A stretch of DNA of 41,393 nt, taken from contig NC_068990.1 of NCBI RefSeq assembly GCF_001194135.2, forward strand, positions 56,909,350 through 56,950,742. Direction: 5' to 3'. Position 1 is the first letter of the stretch, and each line of letters begins with the position of its first letter. This document shows positions 11,570 through 23,040 of the stretch, one piece after another. Below the pieces are notes generated by a model. It searched no databases. It saw only the letters and a program-made list of their open reading frames with translations, and had not been told where the DNA came from. A program made the translations under genes and the position numbers. Origin of the DNA: Octopus bimaculoides (taxonomy: Eukaryota).

Positions 11570-12260
11570 AAAATATAGATGAGCGATAAATCTCAGCACC
11601 TTCAAAGATATCAGTTGATCTTACCATTACTAAATTAATTGATAGATTTCATTCCTAATGAACATAAAAATAGATATCCTCGCAACTTATTATGTATACA
11701 GTGATTGCTTTCTCCTCACGCCTAAAGAAAACAATAGACCTCTCCACTATTAAATATGAATATAATGATCCTATAGTGACTGATTTCTCATATAGTAACC
11801 CAGTGTAGATCCAATAGTAACCGCTGTTAAATAGCGTAATAGTTCACCCTCATCAAATATATAAATCAATCCTCCAGTCTACTCTTCTTGCTGCTATTAA
11901 ATATAATAAGAGATTTTCACTACCAAATATAGTAATAGATCTCACTCATTAAGTATAGCAATAGGCCTCTACTCTATTAGAAATACTAACAAATCTACCC
12001 CTATTATATATAGCTATAGAGTTTCCCTTATTAAATACGGTAATAGATTTCTTCCCTGTTGAATATGTTAATAAATCTCCATTAAATATAGTAACAGATT
12101 TTTCCCCGATTAATTAAGTGATAGATCTCTCCTCTATTTAACTCAGTGATAGATCTTCTCACTATGAGATGTAACAATAGATCTCTGATGCCCTGAACTA
12201 AAACTAGTGATAGATCTCCTTGCTATTAATGATAGCATCGAATCTCCTACATGTACACAA
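11570..12260. repeat. Old degenerate minisatellite, unit ~28-32 nt
   Basis: Recurring atagatct(c/t)..ctatta(a)atatagt(a/g) motifs, with roughly 15-20 recognisable units by eye. Confidence 0.7.
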
Positions 12261-12791
12261 CTCTATTAAAATAGCACTGGTTCCCATTTGATAAAAACAG
12301 AATTGCTAGACAGTAGAGAGCAATTTGATTTCACACACTGGTTTTAGTTCCCTGTTCAATATCAACATCAATTAGTACTTCAAAAACAAACAACTCAGCT
12401 CTGTTTTTTGCCTGCTTCAATAAATGTTATCTCCAAATGACTATGAATGTAGTATTTTATATAACCTAAAGAAACACAACTTTTTGATGTTAAAAGAGGT
12501 TAGTTTGTCATGTTCCTTTGGCAAATGTTTCCAAAATTTCTAATAATAAAAATTTTACAATATGCTGCGTAATATCTAGATTTTGCAATATGCTGTATAA
12601 TATCTAATATATGTATATAATGACTGTATGGAAAGAATTAAAGAAGAATGATGGTTTGTGTCAACTGTGCAGAAGTGTGCATGATTTGTAGAAACAGCAG
12701 GTTATTAATGCACAAATTGAAAAATGTAAAGATATCTGAACTCTCTTGTATACTAGACATGATAAGATGCAGATGAGAGAGAGAGAGATAA

Positions 12792-12822
<31 letters not shown>

Positions 12823-13039
12823 GTGGGTGAGGGGATGAGAAAGAGAGAGAAAGTCATTGCCATGCGTTGCAATGAAGTAATCTGACCAGAAGCTTTGTAA
12901 GTGAAGAAATGAGAAATGATTGAAGGTCTTGTTTGCAAATAGACTTTGTGGCCCAATTAGACATCCATATTATTGCTTTCCCCAAAAATTTGCTGAAACA
13001 TGAATTTTTGTATTTTATTTGGAGAAACTCAGAGTAATA

Positions 13040-13460
13040 CAACTTTGTTGTCAAGTATGGCCAATCTATCTCCTCCATACCTTAAATCTCTCAAATGGTC
13101 TAGAACCATACCCACTCAATACTACACTCCTCTCCCAGTTGAGGGGTTTTTGTCTTGCAAAGTACCTGGTTACCCTGTCAGTGCTGGTGCCACATAAAAA
13201 TAACTAGTGCTCCAGTAATGGTGCCACATAAAAAGCACTGATGCTGATGTCATGTAAAAAGCACTGGTGTTAGTGCTATATAAAAAGTACCCAGTACACT
13301 TTGTAAAGTGGTTGGGATTAGGAAGGGCATCCATCTGTAGAAACCATGTCAAAACTAAACAGACTATGGAACTTGGTGCAGGTACTGACCTTGCCAACTC
13401 CTGTCGAACTTAACTCATGCCTTCATGGGAAATAGATGTTGAATGATAATGATGATGATG
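13040..13460 (+). mobile_element. RTE-type 3' tail element with internal tandem units and (GAT)n tail
   Basis: Four imperfect gtgctggtgccacataaaaagcac units (13160-13275), then aagtggttgggattaggaagggcatcc...gatgatgatg. Confidence 0.7.
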
Positions 13461-14391
13461 ATTGTCAATGTGAAAAGTAAAATGGACATCAAAGGTATTG
13501 ATTTATCTATTAAGGTGTTCACTTACAGAGTCATGTTAAGAACTGATGATTGGGAAAGTTCTGCAAAGTAATTTGTGGTTGGGGTGGGGCATCAATTTAG
13601 GAGGTGAGAGAGTTTGCTGAGCATATGATACACAAAGGCATCCATTGATTGCTTTCATGAGATCATTTTGTAGGCATAATGTTAGGGAAGGAATAAGTTG
13701 TTTTCAGTTAGTAATAGAGAGAAACTTTGTTTAAGTGTCGTAAGATTGTGTTCTTTGTCTGTGAACTTGCAGCAGAGCTTTGGTTGTGTAAAGGACACTG
13801 GAAAGACATAACTGGAAAAATTATTCCTGTCATAAACTTGGCTGTTTAATAAGTTGCAGAGATAAAACACATTGCTGTTAAGGGTAGGTTTTATAGGACT
13901 GGAGGTGTTGAAATTAGTTAGTTGATCTGATGTAACTAAGGCTCTGTGTGCAAGAATCATTGTATGGTAGGATGGAATGAAGTGACTGCCTTGATTATGG
14001 GGAACTTTGTGCATCTGCAGTAATTGTTTATTTTATAGGAAAGGGGCCTGAAGTTTTTAGAGAACATAAATGGCAAAGTCATTATGTTCATGTTTTCACA
14101 GGAGCATTAGAGATATAAATGAAAAGAAGTGGATTCAACAGGGAATCAAAAGCAGTTTGCAAACTCATTTTTCTATCTACTCTATAGCAATATTCCCTGT
14201 AATTATTCATTTATTTCAATACATCTTGAAAGCTAAACAGTTTTCGGAAAGACTTCAACTCATAACAGATGATACTGAAACACTCTTTAGCATCAGTCAC
14301 AATGTGGCCTCAGGCCATTTATTAGCAGCATTAATAAGGAATAACTGCTAGTTCTGTTTCTCTATGTAAATATTTAGCCAGTTATATTTAC

Positions 14392-14509
14392 ATCAACACA
14401 TGTATATCCATGCTTGGCATCACAGTCGTTTATCACGCAGAAGAGTTCTTCATGCAGTTTTTCAATTGATATCTTTGCTTTCTTATAGAATAGCTCTTGG
14501 GGGAAATGG
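14392..14509 (-). CDS. Candidate 118-nt exon on the minus strand, unidentified
   Basis: Acceptor ttttcatattagcattgcattctttacaag and donor GAT|gtaaat. Open frame HFPQELFYKKAKISIEKLHEELFCVINDCDAKHGYTCVD (phase 2 to 0). Non-repetitive sequence; no partner exon established. Confidence 0.35.
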
Positions 14510-15378
14510 CTTGTAAAGAATGCAATGCTAATATGAAAACAAATGACAACACTTACCAAAACATATGAATATTCTGAGTTTGTCATGAATTAATTAAAAA
14601 ATCTGATTCTGCGTATTTTCATTATTTTCTGCAAACCTTAAGATCATATCTCACTGGTAACATTATTTCTTCCAAGATCTATTTATTATTTATATGATAA
14701 CTAGTGTACTTCTGTCAAAAATGACAGCTATTTTAATTACATTATTTAAATTAATTATCCTTAGAGTTTATTTGTTTATTTTATATCACTGCTGGTGAAG
14801 AAGAATGTTGTTGGAGACAGGCTGGATCAATTACTTGTTCTCTGAATTTCTGATGGTGAAAGTGAGAAGGAAACATTTGAAACTTGGTGTGAAGGGCTTC
14901 ATCGAAGAACTTCATTTGAAAAGTACTAATTTCTTGTTCTTGTGTGCACCTAATACAAACACACACATACACATGTGCACACACTCACTCACACACACAC
15001 ACACACATGTGCGTGCGCATACATGCAAACAGATGCTTGCACACATACACAAACATGCACACTTATATATACATACATACATATATATATATGTATGTAT
15101 ACGTACATACATATATGTATGTACATATACGTGCATACATACATACATGCATACATTCATGTATGCATACATACATACATAAATACATATCTACCTACGT
15201 ACCTACCTACATGCACACACACATACATTCATACATACATACATACGTACATACATACATATATATAACAAGAACACAGAAAAATGTTATCAGTATTTAT
15301 GGTTTATACAATGTATACATGTATCAGGAAATCAACAAAGATCAATGACGTGAAGTGAAATACCCAATTATGTGACAA

Positions 15379-15427
15379 ATGCAAGCAGCTCTCTTTATTG
15401 ACATGATTGAGAAAAATAGAGCCTCAG
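15379..15427 (+). CDS. Candidate first coding exon (MQAALFIDMIEKNRAS)
   Basis: ATG preceded by an in-frame TGA, and a strong donor CAG|gtaatt. It ends in phase 1, matching the start of 19017-19111. Confidence 0.3.
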
Positions 15428-15633
15428 GTAATTGATATTTTGCTGGTCATTTGAAAGATGTGTCCTTTATATAAAGCATAAATACAGATTACATTTGGAC
15501 TTGACATACTAGTCTCTCTAGCCTATTTAGTATTAAGAAAATTGTGAAACTGCAATGTAGACAAGAATGGAATGTGGAACTGATCTACTATTTTAGCATG
15601 ATTATGTCTTTAGGTAAGATGCTACACCTTCCA

Positions 15634-16073
15634 AGGTACAGGTATGGCTGTGTGATAAGAAATCTACATCCCAACCAAACGGTTGCAGGTTCACAGTCAC
15701 ACTGCATGCCATCTTGGGTGAGTGTTTTCTACTATAGACTCAGGCCTACTAAAGCCTCGTAAGTGGATTTAGTAGACGGAAACTGAAAGAAGTTCATCAT
15801 CTGTCTATCTATCTATCTATCTGTCTGTCTGTCTGCCTGCCTGCCTGCCTGTCTGTCTGTTTGTGTATGTTTTTTTTTTTTGTGTTTATGCCCCCACTAT
15901 CACTTAACAACTGGTGTTGGTTTGTTTATGTCCCCATAACTTAGTGGTTTGGCAAAAGGGAATGATGGAATAAGTACTATGCTTAAAAAAATATACTGGG
16001 GTTGATTCATTTGCCAAAAAATTCTTCAAGGTAGTGTCCCAGCATGGCTGCTGATGCAAGTAAATGTTAAAAG
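15634..16073 (+). mobile_element. tRNA-derived SINE (dominant family)
   Basis: ggtatggctgtgtgataagaaat..caggttcacagtcacactgcatg..agtggatttagtagacggaaactgaaagaag, internal (TCTA/TGTC)n, and a 3' part colinear with 37637-38052. Confidence 0.8.
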
Positions 16074-16121
<48 letters not shown>

Positions 16122-16652
16122 TTATATGCATATAAGNNNNNNNNNNNNNNNNNNNNNNNNNNNNNNNNNNNNNNNNNNNNNNNNNNNNNNNNNNNNNNNN
16201 NNNNNNNNNNNNNNNNNNNNNNNNNNNNNNNNNNNNNNNNNNNNNNNNNNNNNNNNNNNNNNNNNNNNNNNNNNNNNNNNNNNNNNNNNNNNNNNNNNNN
16301 NNNNNNNNNNNNNNNNNNNNNNNNNNNNNNNNNNNNNNNNNNNNNNNNNNNNNNNNNNNNNNNNNNNNNNNNNNNNNNNNNNNNNNNNNNNNNNNNNNNN
16401 NNNNNNNNNNNNNNNNNNNNNNNNNNNNNNNNNNNNNNNNNNNNNNNNNNNNNNNNNNGATTAATTCCAAAGTCAAAAATGAGAAACACTTCTTGAAATA
16501 AAAATTAGATTCTTTGGTATGAATAATTACGATGAACAAAAATATACAAAGGTCTTTCATAGCTCACACAGGAATGGACAAATAATAATAAACTGTACCA
16601 GTGGACTTGGATGTTTGACATCCCTTTGAAGGATTTCAGTCCTCACCTCTTT

Positions 16653-16689
<37 letters not shown>

Positions 16690-16959
16690 ACCCCACACAC
16701 ATTCCCCCACACCCCTGCCTCCAACACAACCACACCATATCACACCACCTCAAACCACTCCACACACACTAGCACTGACCACTTCCCAGCACCCACACCA
16801 CACCCCATCATTCGCACACCCACAAATGTCAAAGTCATTAGACCCTATCCACATGCATTTACACATTCTCTCACACACACACATGTGCACCTTTCTTTTT
16901 GGGATCACCAATACTTTATTATATCCCCCTTCTTTCTACCTCTACTGTCAAACCATTTT

Positions 16960-17126
16960 TTCCCAACCAGTCGTCATGTTTGACTGCTAAATCCACAATT
17001 TTTTTTTATTCTCCCCCTTTATTTTCTCTTACTCCTTTCTGATGAAGAGCATAAGCTTGAAACATAAAAGACTTTCTCACTTTCCTGAGTGTCAAACTAA
17101 TACACTTGTCTTCGTCTTTTGTCTTT
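16960..17126 (+). mobile_element. HHR family A short element, copy 3 (HHR-like motif 17035-17070 with canonical CUGAUGA)
   Basis: CUUU-CUGAUGA-A-GAGC(AUAA)GCUU-GAAA-C-AUA-AAAG, with the downstream family sequence running into an N-gap. Confidence 0.7.
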
Positions 17127-17144
17127 NNNNNNNNNNATATATAC

Positions 17145-17943
17145 ATAGCAGAGAAGCATAATATGCCCCATTAAGTGTGGTGCCTTTGTCAGAAAATTCA
17201 TCATCACTACTCTGCACTGGTCCTAAAGAACTGTGAGCATCACCTTGCTTGGTAAGGGTTGTACATGAGCCTTCTTTGGAAGTGGTGAGTTATCATGCTT
17301 CCATTGCTTCAACTGGATTTTAGTTTCAATCATAATGATGGACCCATGTTTCATCCTGTGTGATAAGTCTGCCAAAACGTCCTTGTTTTCTTGGCATATT
17401 GCCAAAAGAGCCTGAGAGCAATTGACTCATTCCTGCTTCTGAAAGAGTGTGAGCATCTGGGGAATCCATCGTGCAAACAACTTCTGCATGTACAAATAAT
17501 GGTTAATGATTTTTTCCACGGACCCTACACTTATCTTCACTTCTTGGGCTAGTTGCTGAATAGTTAGGCAGTGATCCTCCAAAATGGCAGCTTCCACCTT
17601 ATGGATGGTGTCATCAACAATGGTGGAATATGGTTGTCCAGGAATAGGAGCAGTTTCCACTGATGTCTGGCAATGCCAGTACTTGACTACGTTGTATGAT
17701 GGTGCATTGTCACCAAAAACTTCTTTCATCTCATCAAAAGTCCCTTTTGGTGTATGACCTTTCAACCGCCTCCATTATAACACCTTAGTCCACTTCAGCA
17801 GCCGTAAAAGACAAACGAATGCTGGTGGAAAACTGTAATTTACGATGTGACATATAGAGATATGTTTCATTAACCTGTACAAGTTCCGTTTCCTGCAATA
17901 ACTGGAAGTGGGTCAGGAGGAATCTTTAATGAACATCTCTCAT
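17145..17943 (-). mobile_element. Mariner-type transposon remnant (5' half), inactive
   Basis: Minus ORFs 17427-17765 (HTH region, ...KLFARWIPQMLT, a WVPHEL-like motif) and 17223-17405 (...SPLPKKAHVQP..KVMLTV). A TIR-like end at ~17920-17943. Frameshifts and stops; truncated at the gap. Confidence 0.85.
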
Positions 17944-18539
17944 GTGTGTGTGTGTGTGTGTGTGAATTAAAGTTCTTGGTAGTGCATAGTGAATGAAATT
18001 CCAAGAGGGTACAATGGCTGGAAGATGTTGACTATAACAACCAAGATGAGAACACTTGTCTGATTATATCATTACATAAAAATTATTGTATTCCTGTTTT
18101 TGTTTTTCATAATTACAAAATTATGCTCAATCATAAAAGGAAAACCAAGATTAAACATTTCAAACCTTTACAGAAATCTGGTAAGAAGAATATTTTAAAT
18201 CCATATAAATTTTAGAAATTTATATAAAAATTTAAATATTTACTTTATCTTTGCACTTTTATAAAATAACTATGACGAAGTTGAGCTCACAAAATATATC
18301 TTATAATTACTGAGTTGTAACTATAAAATTTAAAGCACATTTGTGATCTTTTTTTTTTATCACACTCAATATGAGGTCTTTCCATGGCTAGGTGCTCTTC
18401 TTGATGCCAAAAGGAAGTTACTAAAAAAAAAAAAAAAGAGAAAGTTCTCTCTTGGGTTTGTTAATTAAGGTCCCATGTGAAGTTGCAACATAAACATTGA
18501 CTGAATTAAAATTAGAAGAATGAATACTAAGAGTAGTTA

Positions 18540-18800
18540 TGTTGTTGTATGAGAAAGGTGCAAGGTAATAAGGCTGAAGTACAGGAACAATATCAAAATA
18601 TAGGTAAAGGTCAGTGGGGTGATATTAGGCCTACTATTGTTTTGTGGATATGATGGAGGAACTGTCTTGAAGGGGAAAAAAATGGGGTTTAACCATGGGA
18701 GTTGCAGCATGTAGATGATTTGGTGAAAATTGCAGAGAATATAGATGAATTAAAGGAGAAGGTTATATTGAAATGATGGGATTCAACATGGTGGATGCAA
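18540..18800 (+). mobile_element. Degenerate RTE LINE reverse-transcriptase fragment
   Basis: Translates in pieces to Q(W)GVILGLLL (QGSVLSPLLF-like) and PWELQHVDDL (PWELLYADDL-like). Confidence 0.6.
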
Positions 18801-19016
18801 ACTATTTTGGCAAATGAACTTATTACACATAGAGATGTACTTACCTAATAACTTATCCAAAGGTTCAATATCTAGAAGAAAAAGTGTTCAGACCTATGTT
18901 CCAAACCTTTGGCCAAGTAATAATATATTGCGAATTAATATAACTTTGGGCATTTGGTATAAACATTCTAATTTCCCTACTTATGTTCCAAACTTTTGAC
19001 CACGACCATATTTCAG

Positions 19017-19111
19017 CCAGTGAAAGACCAACGGGACTAAAACCCAAACCAGACATTGATGCTGTATTGCTTGATCAGGAAATCTGGCCCAGAAGAGCTG
19101 TATTGGTACAG
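19017..19111 (+). CDS. Candidate internal exon, unidentified protein
   Basis: Acceptor ccatatttcag and a single open frame SERPTGLKPKPDIDAVLLDQEIWPRRAVLVQ. The donor is either CAG|GCAAGT (GC-AG consensus, end 19111) or TTG|gtacag (end 19105). Both are phase 0, matching 21245. Confidence 0.45.
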
Positions 19112-19274
19112 GCAAGTTGTCCACCTGGACAAAAAAAAAAAAAGGATGAGAAAAAAATAGAAAAGAAACAAATGAAAAGAATGAATGAAGGTAATAATTC
19201 TGGAGGTTATGAATATGTATTGGGTGGCTTCATAAAAAATATAGTAATGTGAAAGGGTTGTAAGAAAAAGATCT

Positions 19275-19495
19275 TTCCTGAGTCATACAGTTTCCCTGGT
19301 TTCTGTGGTGTTTATATTTACCCCTGGAAGGGATGCTGGCACATTGCAGGATTTACATTTATGCCTGCTGAGTGGAGTGAAGCAATGTGGAATGAAGTCT
19401 TTTGATCAAGAATATATTGCATCACTCAGTCCAGAAATTGAAACCACAATCTTATAGTCATGAGTCTGACACCCTAACCAGTAAGCCATGCACCT
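19275..19495 (-). mobile_element. tRNA-derived SINE, second (CORE-like) family
   Basis: Reverse complement begins ggtgcatggcttactggttagggtgtcagactcatgactataagattgtggtttcaatttctgga (A/B-box-like) and is similar to 20008-20230 and 38850-39130. Confidence 0.6.
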
Positions 19496-19784
19496 CCATT
19501 AAAATGGTTATTATTAATGAGGCAGTTATGTTTAAATGTAAATTGTGTGATGCAGATGTCTTGCAAACAACTCACACATGCAAGTGCTACCAGATGAAAT
19601 GAATGTTGGACTGAATTTTGTGACCATGTCTCAGAAGATTTAAAATAAAGAGCACCACTTGTATGACAGTGACGCTTGCTTACAACTATCATGTGATATC
19701 AATGCAAGGAGACAGAAACACACACAGAAACACACACACACACCCATGCACACACACAAGCACACACATACATACATGTATACA

Positions 19785-19915
19785 AAATGCATCTACCAAA
19801 TCCACTCACAAGGCTTTGGTCAATCTGGAGCTTTGTTAGAAGACTCTTGCCCAAGGTGCCATGCAGTGGGACTGAACCCCAAACCATTTGGTTTCTTACC
19901 ACACAACCATACCTG
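19785..19915 (-). mobile_element. tRNA-derived SINE head (dominant family)
   Basis: accaaatccactcacaaggctttggtc..cttgcccaaggtgccatgcagtgggactgaacc is the reverse complement of the 37637 head. Confidence 0.8.
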
Positions 19916-20007
19916 GTCTGGCTCCCTATTGGTTATGACAAGTGTTCCGGTTGATTTGACCAACAGAACTCATGAAATAAGCATGCAAATGGCTGAGCAC
20001 TCTGCAG

Positions 20008-20230
20008 CCACCTGTATCTTTAACATAGTTCTCAGGGAGATTCAACATGACACACTGAATGATACAAGGCTGACCCTTTGGATTACAGGTACAACTCATT
20101 TTTGCTAGCTGAGTGGAATGGAGCAATGAGAAATAAGTGTCTTGCTCAAGAACACAACATGCAACTGGGAATTGAACTAATGACCTTACAATTGTGAGCT
20201 GAATGCCCTAGGCACTAAGCCACGTGCCTT
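20008..20230 (-). mobile_element. tRNA-derived SINE, second (CORE-like) family
   Basis: Reverse complement: aaggcacgtggcttagtgcctagggcattcagctcacaattgtaaggtcattagttcaattccc..gtgttcttgagcaagacact. Confidence 0.65.
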
Positions 20231-21037
20231 GAAAGCTATGCTTATGGCAATAATAAATACCAGTAATTTATTGAGACAGATACAATTAATTATATATGCC
20301 TTTCCCTGATAAAAGCGAAACAGTTTTGTGATTAAGGAATAACTTATTATTTTTGACATGTTAACAATGTCAAGGAATTCTCATTTCAACAAATATTCTA
20401 CTGTGTTATTAACATAAAATTGGAATGCTTGTTTTCGTATCCTTTGGGGTAGTTATTTGTTTCATCTAAATCTATCTATAACCTTGGATCTTTTATCTCT
20501 TGCACATGTTTTAATAAATTTCAAATGACATAAAATATCTATAAAACACCATTCTGCATTGTCTTTGATGTTAAACATCATGAATAATCTGGTAATCTCA
20601 TTAATATCGTGAATTATTTATCAACATACACACGTATGTTTATACACACATATGTATTTGTGTGTGTAGAGAGAGGGGGAGGGAGAGAGAGAAGAAGAGA
20701 GTGAAGGAGGGAGAAGGAGAAAGAAAGAGAGATAGATAAACAGATAGTCTCATATGCATGTGTGTATTTAGATAGACAGACAGAAAGAGAGAGAGAGAAA
20801 CAGATATATACCCATGCACACATAAACATGCACAAAAGCATACACACACATGCACACACACCCACGCACACACACTCACACATCCACATGCAGTGATCAC
20901 AGCTTTTAATACAGAGAACTAAATATTGTTCAGTTAACAATTTTCTGTTGTTCATAGATGCCTCAGATATTTCATGTTATTAAGAATATTCCTTAATAGC
21001 ACATATCACATTTCCAATAAGACAAATGAACTTTTAC

Positions 21038-21115
21038 CATGGTCATCAAAAATATCTTTGTAAGAATATGACGAGATTACACCTGAAGTACAAGAGACAT
21101 CATTGTGGAGCCATA
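21038..21115 (-). CDS. Candidate exon on the minus strand
   Basis: Acceptor aatctaatttttcctgaag (or gtctcttgtacttcag, giving start 21082) and donor ATG|gtaaaa. Open frame WLHNDVSCTSGVISSYSYKDIFDDH, phase 1 to 1. Confidence 0.25.
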
Positions 21116-21244
21116 CTTCAGGAAAAATTAGATTGCTGTAGCAAAAGGGAAAAATGAAGACCAATAAACTGATTGCAACATTTAAAAGAAATACCTTATG
21201 TGGTCCCTAACATATTTGCTTCATTTGCATTTAATGTTCCACAG

Positions 21245-21311
21245 TTGGAAGAAAGAGATATGATATATGTTTATGAAATGATGACATACAAAGCGAACTT
21301 CGATAAACATG
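21245..21311 (+). CDS. Candidate internal exon, unidentified protein
   Basis: Strong acceptor tttgcttcatttgcatttaatgttccacag, phase-0 frame LEERDMIYVYEMMTYKANFDKH, and donor ATG|gtatct. The frame also reads on to a stop at 21388, so it could be a terminal exon. Confidence 0.45.
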
Positions 21312-21576
21312 GTATCTTAGAATTCCCTCAAGAAATGGACATAAGTTATTTAAGAATATGCTGTCATACTTGCTATGTGAAATGCTAAAATCAAGGAAGA
21401 GTTTCATGTTATAAACAAAAATTCCTATAGCAATTAAATATTTTCAAGTGCTGCTGCTACATTCTAATGCTTTATGGAGACTCACCTCATATAAATAAAT
21501 GAATATAATTTAGTGGTTTGCACAGAGATAATTTGGCTCTAAATTATATAATATATTGAATATTTCTTCAATGCAG

Positions 21577-21666
21577 GTCAGTAATTCTAGCTGTATTAAG
21601 ATCCATGGAGACATGCCTAAAACATATTCATGCAGGCTCAAATATTCAGTTGGAAGAGGAAATATG
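21577..21666 (+). CDS. Candidate 90-nt exon
   Basis: Acceptor tatttcttcaatgcag and donor ATG|gtaatg. Two open frames (SVILAVLRSMETCLKHIHAGSNIQLEEEI or VSNSSCIKIHGDMPKTYSCRLKYSVGRGNM). Phase does not join the 21311 donor. Confidence 0.25.
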
Positions 21667-22071
21667 GTAATGTGCAAGGGAAATAAACTAATTTAAGATA
21701 TTGTAAATAAGCAGTTTTAGCAGCATTCCCCACAAATTATTGCCAACAAATTATGTATTTAATAACAATGTTTAAAACACAATTAAAACGTTTCATTACC
21801 ATAATTGTATTTGTAAACTATGTTATAGAAATATGTCATAATTATAGATTGAATCAAGTTATTATTCTGTAACCTTTGTAAAGCACTGTTAAATAACTTC
21901 TGTAACATTTTATATACCCTTAATTACTCATGAATATAATGTATTTGGTTCCAAGACTTATAGATTATTTGTAGACACTCATATACTATTTCTTGTGCCG
22001 TTTCTATTTTAACACTAGCCTAACCTCATCATAAGGTGGCAAGCTGGTGAAATCGTTAGCATGCCAGACAA

Positions 22072-22152
22072 AATGCTTAGTGGCATTTCTTCTGGTTCTT
22101 TATGTTCCTGAGTTCAAGTCCCACCGATGTGAACTTTGCTTTTAAGCCTTTT
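22072..22152 (+). mobile_element. tRNA-derived SINE head, third family (fragment)
   Basis: aaggtggcaagctggtgaaatcgttagcatgccagacaaaatgcttagtggc..gagttcaagtccc (B-box-like). The motif starts at ~22032, upstream of the annotated core. Confidence 0.45.
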
Positions 22153-22425
22153 ATGCTCAAATATAAGTGTGTGTGTGAGTGTGTATGTGTGTGTGTGTGT
22201 GTGCCTCTGTGTGTATGGTATATGCACAGTTGTGTGCAAGTGTTTATTTGAGCAATTTTATAATTTGTTCACATCTCTCATAAACAATATGTCCTGTAAA
22301 CATATTTTAATTACCTCTATCTTAAGATATTGAACACCACCATGACATTCATATGCCAATAAGACATCACAACTATATATACTGTACAATTTAATTTAAT
22401 TTACTATTTACAAACATGCAGGCAT

Positions 22426-22580
22426 GACTGTCTGGTTGTAAAATTTACTTTACAATCCCAAGAATTCAAGTTCAGTCTGCACAGCCCAGCATCTTGAGCA
22501 AGTATCTTGTACTATTGCTCCATGCCGGTCAATATTTTGTGAGAGATTTTGGAAAAGATGGAAATTGAGAGAAGGCACAC
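22426..22580 (+). mobile_element. Diverged tRNA-derived SINE head (dominant family)
   Basis: gcaggcatgactgtctggttg..caagttcagtctgcac..cttgagcaagtatcttgtactat is colinear with the 36126 and 37637 heads. Confidence 0.6.
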
Positions 22581-22844
22581 GAACCTAAGCCATGTATGTT
22601 TTTTCCTGGCTTTCTTCATATTAAGCTCCTTTCTGTTCCTTGTCTCTGTATCTCATGAACTTTCCATTAGTATCAAAGACAGACTATATCTAAAACATTA
22701 GAACTTTTACTCTATAACTTTTATTCCTTCCTTGCCCATCAACATAATACTATTAACCGTGAATGTCTCTGGTACTTTGCTTGTTTTTTGTTATTTTATA
22801 TTTGTATTTGCGTTTTGTTTAAACATGTTATATATATATACATA

Positions 22845-23040
22845 TATATATCCATCATCTAGTGTTTTAAATCTAGGTTTTGTCCCCATTAACAGGGGTG
22901 GCCAGAAGGCAAGTGCAGCCCAACCCAACCTTTGGGTTGGCTGGTGCCCATCTCCTTTGCTATCATGAGGCTTTTTTGGAGTTGGATTTTCTACGTGGAG
23001 CATGCCCTTTCTTACTCCCAACCTGTTTCTAGACACGAGT
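22845..23040 (-). mobile_element. RTE-type 3' tail element
   Basis: ggattttctacgtggagcatgcccttttcttactcccaacc is the reverse complement of the gttaggaagggcatcc..gtagaaa motif at 13318-13345. Confidence 0.55.

Noticed and set aside
13682-14014. 110-aa minus-strand ORF
   Set aside because: No recognisable domain or convincing splice sites; it may be an old LINE fragment, but I cannot support that.
16595-16645. Minus-strand CTGAA-atcctt(caa)agggat-GTCAAAC...GTC hairpin
   Set aside because: Both core segments are non-canonical and there is no stem I.
18885-19000. Repeated tatgttccaaac(c/t)ttt motif resembling a CRISPR repeat-spacer
   Set aside because: Only two copies, a eukaryotic context and no cas genes.
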